DNA of 64,000 bases from Alphaproteobacteria bacterium (GTDB lineage Bacteria; Pseudomonadota; Alphaproteobacteria; UBA828): NCBI GenBank assembly GCA_965214705.1, contig CBDCCI010000001.1:643104-707103 (forward strand), in the 5' to 3' direction. Below, piece after piece: positions 21,134 through 30,820 of the stretch. A program made the position numbers and the translations under genes. Below the pieces are notes generated by a model. That model did no database searches and was not told where the DNA came from. It saw nothing but the letters and a program-made list of their open reading frames with translations. Position 1 is the stretch's first letter. Each line of letters begins with the position of its first letter.

Positions 21134-22849
21134 ATGCCGAAGGTCACGCCCTCACCCCTCAGCAGCGCCGGTTCGCCGTCGCCTGCGGTGGTTTCGGCGG
21201 CGCTGGCGGCCCTGCATGCGGAGCTTGACGACGAGCGCGCGGCGCGCCGGGCGACGGAAGCAGCCCTATGCGAAGCGGAGCAGGCACGCGGCGCGGCGGA
21301 GGCGGCGAGGCAGACGGCGGAAGCGCGGGCGGCACGGCTGGAGGCCGAGAACGCGCAGAGCGCGGAGCAGATCAGCCGGCTTGAGCATCTCAACAAGGAG
21401 CTCAGGAAGGCGCTGTTCGGTCCGCGCTCCGAGAAGCTCGGCGAGGACGAGCGCCAGCTTACGTTCGAGGAGTTTTGGGCGGCGATCGCTGAAGCCGGCG
21501 GTCGGCCCGAGGCAGATGACCAGGAGCAGGACGAGGGGGCTGGCGGCAAGCGCCGGCGGCGCTCTTCCCGGGGGTCGCGCAGCGGGGTGCGCTTCGGGCC
21601 CCAGGTCGACCGGCGCGAGGAGGTGATCGAGCCGGACACGATCATGTGCCCCTGCGGCTGCGGCGAGATGACGAAGATCGGCGAGGACCGCAGCGAGCGG
21701 CTGGACTATGAGCCGGCGAAGTTCACCGTCATCGAGACCGTGCGCCCCCGCTACGCCTGCAACAAGTGCAAGGGGGGCGGGGTGGTGCAGTCGCCGGCGC
21801 CGGCCGCTCTGGTCGAGGGCGGCCTTCCCACCGAGGCTCTTCTGGCGCAGGTGCTGATCGCGAAGTACGGCGATCATTGCCCGCTCTATCGCCAGTCGCA
21901 GATCTACGAGCGCTCGGGGATCGAGGTTCACCGTGCGACGCTGGCGACGTGGGTGGGCCAGGCGTCGTTTCACCTGCGCCCCGTGGTCGCTTGCCTGGAG
22001 GATGAGCTGAAGAAGTCGGATCACCTGGGTCTGGACGAGACCACGATCCGCGTTCTCGACCCGGGCCGGGGCAAGACGAAGACGGGCTACATGTGGACCC
22101 TTGTGCGTGACGAGCGCCACTGGAGCGGCACGGACCCGCCGGGCGTCGTCTATCGCTATGCGCCCGGCCGCGGCGGCAAGTATGGCGCCGAGCTTATGGA
22201 GGGCTTTTCGGGGACGGTGCAGCTCGACGGCTACTCGGGCCACAACATCCTGGCGCGGCCGGACCGGGCGGAAGGCCCTGTGACGCGGGCCCTCTGTTGG
22301 GCGCATGTAAGACGGAAGCTGAAAGAGGTATACGACTCGAGCGCATCGCCGATCGCGCTGGCCGGTCTGAATCGGATCGCGAAGCTCTATGCGATCGAGA
22401 AGAAGATCCGGGGCAAGCCGCCGGCGGAGCGCCGCGCGATCCGTTGGGAGGAGTCGGCGCCGATCGTGAACACCTTCGGTGTCTGGCTCGACGAGCAGCG
22501 CTCGCGCGTCTCACCGCGCTCGCGTCTCGGCGAGAAGCTGACCTATATCGCCAACCAGTGGGACGGGCTGCTGGAGTTCCTGCACGACGGTCGTGTCGAG
22601 ATCGACTCGAACCTGGTGGAAAACCGAATCCGGCCGCTGAAGCTCACCGCCAAGAACGCGCTCTTCGCCGGCAACGACGAGGGTGCGCAAGCCTGGGCCC
22701 GCATCGCCTCGCTGATCGAGACCTGCAAGATGAACGGCGTCGAGCCCTACGCCTGGATGCGGAGCACGCTCGAGAAGATCGCCAAGGGCCACCCGCAGTC
22801 GGGCATCCAGGAGCTTCTGCCGTGGAACTTCCAGCCCGAGGCAAAATGA
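21134..22849 (+). CDS. tnpC: IS66 transposase TnpC
   Basis: FGPRSEK, LDET, CWAHVRRK, ELLPW. Confidence 0.94.
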   Translation: MPKVTPSPLSSAGSPSPAVVSAALAALHAELDDERAARRATEAALCEAEQARGAAEAARQTAEARAARLEAENAQSAEQISRLEHLNKELRKALFGPRSEKLGEDERQLTFEEFWAAIAEAGGRPEADDQEQDEGAGGKRRRRSSRGSRSGVRFGPQVDRREEVIEPDTIMCPCGCGEMTKIGEDRSERLDYEPAKFTVIETVRPRYACNKCKGGGVVQSPAPAALVEGGLPTEALLAQVLIAKYGDHCPLYRQSQIYERSGIEVHRATLATWVGQASFHLRPVVACLEDELKKSDHLGLDETTIRVLDPGRGKTKTGYMWTLVRDERHWSGTDPPGVVYRYAPGRGGKYGAELMEGFSGTVQLDGYSGHNILARPDRAEGPVTRALCWAHVRRKLKEVYDSSASPIALAGLNRIAKLYAIEKKIRGKPPAERRAIRWEESAPIVNTFGVWLDEQRSRVSPRSRLGEKLTYIANQWDGLLEFLHDGRVEIDSNLVENRIRPLKLTAKNALFAGNDEGAQAWARIASLIETCKMNGVEPYAWMRSTLEKIAKGHPQSGIQELLPWNFQPEAK

Positions 22850-23677
22850 CTCGCGCGCTCACGGCGCTCCTCAAGAAATCCCCGTCGTAGTCAAGCCAGA
22901 TTCCGGTATGGGGTCTGCGTACCGCTTACTGTACAAATCCATCGCATGGGAGATCGGCATCGCCGTCGAGCGCTCGCGATCCTCGGCCCACCATGCGATC
23001 AGGACCGAGATCACCCGGCTTGCGAACGAGGCCAAGCAGCTGCCCGTCCTCGTCGTCGACGAGGCCCACCACCTGCGCAACGACGTGCTTGAGGACCTCC
23101 GCCTGCTCACCAACTTCGCCATGGACGCGGAGCAGCGCATGTGCCTCATCCTCGTCGGCCTGACCGAGCTCAGGCGCAGGCTGTCCATGGCGGTGCACGA
23201 ATCCCTCAGCCAGCGCCTCGTCGTCCGTCACCACCTCACCGGCCTCGATCGAGAGGAGGTCGACGCCTATCTCACGCACCGCCTCCGTCTTGCAGGGTGC
23301 GAGTTGCCGCTCTTCGAGGCGCCGGCCGTCGAGGCCCTGTTCCAGAGTGCGCGCGGACTGCCGCGCCAGATCAACCGCATCGCGCACTACGCGCTGGCCG
23401 CCGCCGCCCTCGACAAGGCAAGAACCGTCAACGCCGACCACCTCCAGCACGCCCTCGACGAGCTCAGGCCATGAGCATCGTCATCGACCTGCCCGACGAG
23501 ATCAGCGACGAGACCGCCGCCAGGATCCGCGACGTCCTCCATGAACTCGGCGACGCCTTCTACCAACTCGGCGGGGCAGTCGAAACCAGGTACGCCGGCC
23601 AGATCAGGCGATGTCGGGTCGGAGGAGGCGCCCCGCGAGGCTAGCCTCCGTCCGCCGCTCAAACGGCCCGTACGGTT

Positions 23678-26343
23678 TTGAACGAAGCCGCTACGCGGAG
23701 TTAGCGGCGTAGAGTTCATTCATTTCCGAGGCGTCGCGGGTGCCGTTTGTTCTGTGCGTTCGCTTCCCGGTTGCGTCAGTGGCGCTCCGCCCGTCGGGTG
23801 GCGGATCCCCAGCAGCCTCCCGATCACCAGTGGTTAGCATCGACCCCTGCGACGGACCGTCGCCGGATCGGTCCGGCGGCGCGCCGTCGCGATCCAGGGA
23901 GATCGATAATGACCGGGACCGCGTGCGACACGAACACCGTCACCCCTCTTCGCCAGCGCATGGAGGAGCAGCTCCGCATCGCCAATCTGGCCGCGAGCAC
24001 GTCCAAGGCCTACATCTGCGAGATCAAGAACCTGGCCAGGTACTACGACGCCTCGCCGGACGAGCTCGACGCCGAGCAGGTGCGCCAGTGGTACCTGGGG
24101 CGGATCGACAAGGGGCTCAGTCCGGGCACGACCAACGTCTCCTTCGCCGCGCTGAACTTCCTCTACATCGACACACTCGGCTGGCCTGACCATGTCGCCG
24201 GCCTGCGCTCCCGCAAGAAGCCCGGCAAGCTGCCGCGCTACATGTCGGAGCAGGAGGTCGAGCACCTCATCCTTGCGACACCCGACCTCCGCCACCGTGC
24301 TGCCATTGTCACCGGCTATGGCGGCGGGCTCCGCATCTCCGAGACCTTGGCCATCAAGGTCGGCGACATCCTGTCGGAGAAGAAGCTGCTGCACATCCCC
24401 TCCGGCAAAGGCGGCACCGAGAGAATGGCACCGTTGCCGGACATCGTCATCCACTACTTGCGCGTCTACTACAGGAACATCTGGCCGCGTCCGACGAGCT
24501 GGCTCTTCTACGGCGTCTCGCTCGACAGGCCCATCGCAACGGAGACCTTGCAGGCCGCCTTCAGGAGGGCGCGCGACATTGCCGAGCTCGACCGCAGCTA
24601 CACCTTCCATTGCCTGCGCCATTCGGCGGCGACCCATCTCCTCGAGCGCGGCGGCGATATCGAGGTGATCCGGGACATGCTCGGCCATCGAAGCGCGAAC
24701 ACGACCCGTCACTACGCCCGCGTCACCGGCAAGATGTTCGAGGGCCTCGACCACCCGATCTCAGGCTTCGCAGCGTTGCGCAACTGACGGCGCGTGGAGG
24801 CCGAACGCGCGGGCGTGGCGGAGATCTTCCGCCGCGCCGGCGCCGCTTTCCGTGAGCGCCACAAAGGGCGCATCGACGCCGCCCGGCTCAAGGTCATGGG
24901 CGCCATCGAGGCGTGCCGCACCGCCGTGCTCGGCGGCCACATGTACGCCTGCGAGGGCTGCGGGCGCGAGCATCCGCTCTTCAACTCCTGCCGCAACCGC
25001 CACTGCCCCACCTGCCAGGGTCTCGCCGCCAACCTCTGGAGCGAGGAGCGCGCCGGGGACATCCTGCCGGTGCCCTACTTCCATGTGGTCTTCACCCTGC
25101 CCAAGGAGGTTGCCGCCATTGCCTTCTGCAACCGCAGGGTGGTGTTCGACATCCTCTTCCGGGCCGTCGCCGAGACCCTGCGCACCATCGCCGCCGATCC
25201 CCGCCACGGCGGCATGCGCATCGGCGGCACCGCGGTCCTCCATACCTGGGATCAGAAGCTCCGCTTCCACCCGCACCTGCACGTGGTCGTGCCCAACGCG
25301 GGCTTCGACGTAGACAGTGGCGAGTGGAAGACGGGGAGCACCACCTTCCTCGCCCCCGTCAAGGTCCTCGGCAGCCTGTTCCGCCGCCTCTTCCTCAAGG
25401 AGCTCGCCCGCGCCCACGGCCGGGGGGACCTGGAGTTCCACGGCACCCTCGCCCACCTCGCCAATCCCGGCGAGTTCCACGCCACGCTTGCCGCCGCCCG
25501 GGCCAGGGACTGGGTGGTCTACGCCAAGCGGCCCTTCCGCGGGCCTGAGCAGGTCTTCCGGTACCTCTCGCACTACACGCACAGGATCGCCATCTCCGAC
25601 AGCCGCATCGTCTCCTTCGACGGCGAGACGGTCTCCTTCCGCCACCGAAAGCCCAAGGCGCCGGGGCAGAGAAAGCCGCGCTACGGCATCGCCACCGTGA
25701 GCGCCGACGAGTTCATCCGCCGCTTCCTGAGGCACGTCCTGCCGGACGGCATGCACCGCATTCGCTACTTTGGCATCCTCGCCAACGGCTGCCGCGCCAG
25801 CACGCTGGAGAGAGCACGCCAGGCTCTCGGCGCCCTCGGCTGCGCCGCCCCCGAGGGAAGCGTGGACGGCGCTCAGGCCGAGCCCGACGAAGAGCCCGAG
25901 ATCGGCACCGCGCCCGTGGCCTGCCCCCACTGCGGCGGCGTCATGCGCCTCGTCCGCGAAATCCGCCGCCGCCATGAGCCCCGCTCGACGCGCGGCCCGC
26001 CGGCGCTGCCGCCGACCCACAGGGGGAAACCGTGAGACGCCCGCTCGCTTCGGCCCCGCGCAACGGCGCCAAAGCGCCGACGCACGACCGAACCTGTCTC
26101 CGCTTGAGCCGGGCTGACAGCCCTCGGCTCACACCCCGCTCAGTCCTCGCAGCGTGCGCCCGCATGCCTGCCGAAAGACCGGCGCGAGCGTCGATTTTAT
26201 GCGCAACTCTGCTGCCGGTGGATGCCGCCTGACGCTGACATCAGCGCACTTTCCACATAGCTCAACTTCGCCTCTCGTGGCCCGCGGCTTCGTTCAAAAG
26301 GGTTGGGCAGGCTCTCGAGAGAGAGCCTGCCCAACCCTTAACC
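23678..26343 (+). mobile_element. IS91-family element copy 3 (integrase 23909-24787, transposase 24794-26035)
   Basis: Same termini and ORFs; inserted in the DV loop of intron 1. Confidence 0.95.
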
Positions 26344-26372
26344 TTCCCGTAAGCCGCTTTCACAAAGGTGTC

Positions 26373-27683
26373 TCAACGAAGGTTCAAGGACGGAACCAGT
26401 GAGATCAGGCGAACAAGCCCGTATTCGTCGATCAGCTTGCGCTCCGGCAACTGTTTCCAGCCAGCGTTGCGCCAGCGCTTGCGACGATGCGACCAGAGCC
26501 GCCGCACGATCCAGCCGTCAAGCTGGTGGAAGAGCCCGCGGACGTGGGCCTTGCAATAGTATTGGCCCCATCCCCGAATGATCGGGTTGATCTCGTCAAT
26601 CAGCTCCTGCGTGCTGACAGGAGCCTTGCGCCGGGTACGCTGGCGAATCTGGTCCTTGAAGTGCCGGATGGATTTCTCACGCGGAACCGCGTAGCGCGCT
26701 CCCCCGCGAACCCCGCTCTTGATCTTGGAGGACGACAGCCGGAGAGGCCGCTCGCCCTGCTTGATCTTGTAGCCGAGGAACTCAAACCCGTGCCTGACAT
26801 GGACAATGCGGGTCTTCCCGGCGTTGAGGGACACACCCAGCTTTGCCAGAATCCGCCTGGCCGTCTCCAGTGCTGCGCGGGCTTCCCCGCGTGTGCGGCA
26901 CGTGATCAGCCAATCATCGGCGTATCGCGTTAGTCGATAGCCGCGACGACGCATTTCCCAATCGAACGGGGTCAGCAAGATATTGCTGAGCAGCGGTGAA
27001 ACGATGCCGCCCTGCGGAGTGCCCTGTTCGGTCGGCAGCCTCTTACCGTCGGCCACCACCCCGGCCGTGAGCATCTGCCTGAGCAGACCTAATACCCGGC
27101 CATCCGAGACTCGCTGGTTGACGAGTTCGAGGAGCTTTTCGTGGTCCACGGACCCGAAAAAGTCTTTCAAATCCGCATCGAGAACCCACTCGTTGCCCTC
27201 GTCCAGTTCCCTCCATATCTTGCGTAACGCTCCATGGGCAGACCTTCCTTGCCGGTACCCGTAGTTGGCATCGTCGAACACCGGCTCGAAGATCGGTTCC
27301 AGCCGGTTCAGCAGCGCCTGCTGGCACACCCGGTCGTAGATTGTCGGGATGCCGAGCGGGCGGAACTTCCCCGGCTGGCCCGCCTTGGGGATCAGGCATT
27401 GGAGAACCGGCTGCGGGTGATACTCACCGTCCCGCAACTCCCGGTGCAGGCGATCGAGATTTGCATCCAGCGATGCCTCGAACGCCGCTAAATCCTCTCC
27501 GTCCACGCCACCGGCACCCCGGTTGCGCTTCACCTTTTCCCAGGCCACCTCAAGGTTCTTCCGCTTGTACACCTTGTCCACCAGTGAGTGGACCTTCCTG
27601 TCACCCGCCGGGTTGATCCAGTCGATGAGTCTCCTCGGGCCATGATGTCCGGGTCTTTCGCTCAAGGAACTTGTCCGCGTCAT
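26373..27683 (-). CDS. ltrA: Group II intron reverse transcriptase/maturase (no endonuclease domain)
   Basis: RPLGIPTIYDR, GTPQGG, RYADD, INPIIRGW. Confidence 0.95.
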   Translation of the reverse strand: MTRTSSLSERPGHHGPRRLIDWINPAGDRKVHSLVDKVYKRKNLEVAWEKVKRNRGAGGVDGEDLAAFEASLDANLDRLHRELRDGEYHPQPVLQCLIPKAGQPGKFRPLGIPTIYDRVCQQALLNRLEPIFEPVFDDANYGYRQGRSAHGALRKIWRELDEGNEWVLDADLKDFFGSVDHEKLLELVNQRVSDGRVLGLLRQMLTAGVVADGKRLPTEQGTPQGGIVSPLLSNILLTPFDWEMRRRGYRLTRYADDWLITCRTRGEARAALETARRILAKLGVSLNAGKTRIVHVRHGFEFLGYKIKQGERPLRLSSSKIKSGVRGGARYAVPREKSIRHFKDQIRQRTRRKAPVSTQELIDEINPIIRGWGQYYCKAHVRGLFHQLDGWIVRRLWSHRRKRWRNAGWKQLPERKLIDEYGLVRLISLVPSLNLR

Positions 27684-28639
27684 GGTCCTTACTCACTCAT
27701 CGCTGTCTCTCGCCGACCACCTCTGCCAACCGCCTTCCCCGGCCCACACGGCCGCCGCTCGCGCGGTCACCCGGCTTTCGCCGGGCTTCAGGTACTATTC
27801 GGTTGTCCGATTGCTCGCCGCGCATCCTTTCCCATTTCGCCTTTCGGCTTATAGGGTCCGTTATCCCGGTGCCACCCGGGAACGCGGCGAGCCCTCCTGG
27901 GGTCACGTCCAGATCTTCCGTACCGTGCCGCTCGCAAACACCTTGGTGCGACGGGTGGGTAAGAACGCCTTCGCCGCCATAGTGCCGGCTCGACCTTGCC
28001 CCGTCTTTGGCCGACCGATTCATCATGGGGTGGCCCCCTCGATTACGGCCCGGTACTTCTCCGCAAGCCCTTCAGATTCCACCTCGCGGTGGACACCCTG
28101 CCTTCCGGTTGTCTTTCGACAGTGGACCAACTTAGCTCCTCCCTTGGCTGTCTCCGCCGTTTCCGGCTTCGTGCCCGTTTAGAGTTTCGCTTATCGGCTC
28201 ACTCCGGCCAGTGAGGAATTACCCCCACTTTTGGATATGGCGCCCCTTACCCGAGCGCCAGTGGGACTTGAACCCACCTGATCTGGGCGCTGCCCAGCAC
28301 ACACTACGAGCCCGACTGCCCGCCGCCCCTCGACGACGGGGAACAACTGCCGCTGTTCCCGGAGTTGGATACCCCGTTCTGAGACGCCCGCGCGGCCGAG
28401 TGCGCAGCAGTGGCCGGCACCGACCATGGTGCCGCCACCGCTCGTTCCCGTTCCCTGAAGCCCCTGAGCGTCGCGGGCAGCCTCGTCCCAACCAGCAGGA
28501 CCAAACCATCCGTTCAACCCTCAAGGGGCGAACGGATATGCGTCGTCGCAGCTTGCTCATCGATCCGGAAAAGCCGGATCTATCCGAGAAATCCGCGCCT
28601 CCGGCGCTCAAATCAATCCGGCAAAGCCGTCGTCATATT

Positions 28640-30400
28640 GCGTGCGAAACAACACCTCGGCTCGCGGGTTCTGGGGCTTTGCGCGCGGCGGCTTGCACGC
28701 GACTGGCCGGCCCGCTTCGGCCATCCTCTCCTGATGCTGGAGACCTTCGTAGATTCGACGAGGTTCCGGGGCACGGTCTACCGCTCGGCAGGCTGGCTCG
28801 CGGTGGGCCAGACCCGCGGCTTCCGGCGCTACCGCAGTGGCTATGTCGCCGGCTCGACGCCGAAGCTTGTGTTCCTGCGCCCGCTTGTTGCCGACGCCTG
28901 CCGCCGGCTGTCCGCCGCCAGGCTGGATCCGGAACTGTGGAAGAAAGGAGTTCCGAGAACCATGATCAGTGCCGCTCAGCAAGAGTCTCTCTATGCCTTC
29001 TTCAAGGACATCGACGACCCGCGCACGCGCAAGGGGCGGCGGCATTCGTTGCCCAGCGTACTGGCACTTGCGAGTGGCGCGACGCTCTGCGGGATGCGTG
29101 GCTGGAAGGCGATCTCCGAGTGGGTCGACGATCTCGGTGAGAAGGCGCTGGCGCGCTTCGGCGTGCGGCTGCGCGACGGGGTGCGCCTGCCGCCTTCCAT
29201 GTCGACGATCCGCAACGTGGTGATCCGGGTGGACCCGGGCCAGCTGGATGAGGCATTGCGCAAGTGGCACGAGGCCCACGGCGGCGACGACGGGGCACTG
29301 GCCATCGACGGCAAGACGCTGAAGGGTGCCATCGACGAGGACGGTGTGATGGCGCACATCATGAGCGCGGTCGGGCACGACACGACGGCCACGGTCGCGC
29401 AAAAAAAGTCGGCTTGAAGGCGGGGGCCGACGACGAGACGAAGCGCACCAACGAGATCGGCACCGTGGAGGCGCTGATGGATTTGATCCCGGACATCTGC
29501 TCCAAGACGGTCACGGCGGACGCACTGTTGACCCAACGCAAGTTCGCCCGCTACCTCCTCGGGCGCGGAGCGCACTACGTGTTCATCGTCAAGGGCAACC
29601 AGAAGACCCTGCTCGACGACGTGACGCTGGCCTTCGAAACGGCGCCGGCACGTGAGCCCGACTTCGAGGAGGAGGCCTCGCTGGCGCACGGACGCATCGA
29701 GCAGCGGGCGATCTGGACGACGACGGCGTTGAACGACTATCTGAACTTCCCGGGGGTCGGCCAAACCTTCATGATCGAGCGCTCCCGGCAGGACAAGAAG
29801 AGCGGCGAGATCGGCACCGAAATCGCCTACGGGCTGACCAGCCACACGCCCGACAGCGCCAAGCGCGCAGAGCCTGCTCGCCCTCAACCGAGGCCACTGG
29901 TGCATCGAGAACTCCTCGCACCACTGCCTGGACTGGACCTGGGATGAGGACCGAAGCCGCATCCGCTCAGGCTTCGGCCCCGAGAACATGACCCGCCTGC
30001 GCCGCTTCGCCATCGGCCTGATCAAGGGACGCGGGCTCGAGGTCGCCCCGACCGTGCGCAGGCTCGCCCGCAATGTTCGCGCCGTCCTCGACCTCCTCAA
30101 GATGACCGGAAACACCCGGCCGAGGACCTCAAAGCCCGCAGCGCCAGCCTGAGCCGTAGCGCCCGGCGAGCCGGGCCGCCACGATCATGGCCGTCCCCGC
30201 TTCCGACCCCGCCGGCGGCGCGATCCGTCATGAAGGGGGGCCGGAACATCACGCCGGCGACGCCCACAGGATGCTGCGAGAAACCGCCGCCCCGAGCCGG
30301 ATCTGCGCCGAAGCGCCTGCAAATGCCGCACGAAACGAGACCCGCACGCCCCTTACCGAAAACTCAGCAGCCTACCAACCCCATGGACGAATTTGCCCTG
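28640..30400 (+). mobile_element. DUF4338-ISAs1 fusion transposase element, 5'-truncated and frameshifted (ORF ends 30152)
   Basis: LETFVD..GTVYRSAGW..GQTRG fused to DDPR..RHSL, IDGKTL, TADALLTQ, HWCIEN; A7G at 29401; ends ..gccctg. Confidence 0.8.
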
Positions 30401-30669
30401 ATGCACTCGCTGATAACACGCACAAAAGCCGCGCAAGCTCGGGGGTCTGCGGCGCGGCGAAGGGCTCGCATCCGAGTGTGCGGGCCGTCCATGCAGTCGC
30501 CGGGTCAGATCCAAACGAGACCGTCCTTGCCTTTCCGATCTCGCCTCGTGGTCTCCGGCCGCGACGGCGCGGGCGACGCCGCGCCGTGCTTTGCGCCCGA
30601 CCCCAACCAATTGCCGCTCGGCGTGTGCCTCGCGCGGCACGTCCCATGGATCGAGAACGGCGCGCCCAT

Positions 30670-30769
30670 GTCGTCACCTCCATGAACCGCCCTGGCTGCT
30701 ACCAACCGGAGCGACAGTTGTTGGGCGGGATTCGCACCCGCTGAAAGAGAGCGCCTTTCCACGGCGCAC
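30670..30769 (-). mobile_element. 5' fragment (domain I start) of a third group II intron
   Basis: GTGCGCCGTGGAAAGGCGC..GGGTGCGAATCCC..GGTAGCA..GGAGGTGACGA. Confidence 0.7.
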
Positions 30770-30820
30770 TGCCAACTTGGGTTGAGTTCGGTGTCGAGTT
30801 CGTTGGGGTATCCGTCGCTC

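Larger units (their letters stand above)
20178..22929 (+). mobile_element. IS66-family element copy 1
   Basis: GTAAGCGGT..ACCGCTTAC ends, 8-bp TSD tgtacaaa, three ORFs. Confidence 0.95.
20105..23474 (+). pseudogene. ExeA-like AAA ATPase, 5'-truncated and split by IS66
   Basis: LHPGLYRIHYVSLTTGNVLDMYK|SIAWEIG..LVVDEAHHL..GLPRQIN (Walker B). Confidence 0.8.
23613..28302 (-). mobile_element. Group II intron 1 (~2,024 nt without its insert); domain V disrupted
   Basis: 5' GTGTG at 28302, 3' ..ACCCGAC at 23613; DV aaagcggcttacgggaa|aaccgtacgggccgttt. Confidence 0.9.
23471..28382 (+). pseudogene. Small hypothetical gene split by antisense group II intron 1
   Basis: Joining 23612|28303 restores ..AGQIRR-YYEPDCPPPLDDGEQLPLFPELDTPF*. 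Confidence 0.75.

Noticed and set aside
26373-27683. Retron or defence RT
   Set aside because: Has a maturase domain, DV/DVI and clean intron boundaries
28410-29417. Druantia defence system
   Set aside because: Only a partial DUF4338 fused to a transposase; no DruE helicase
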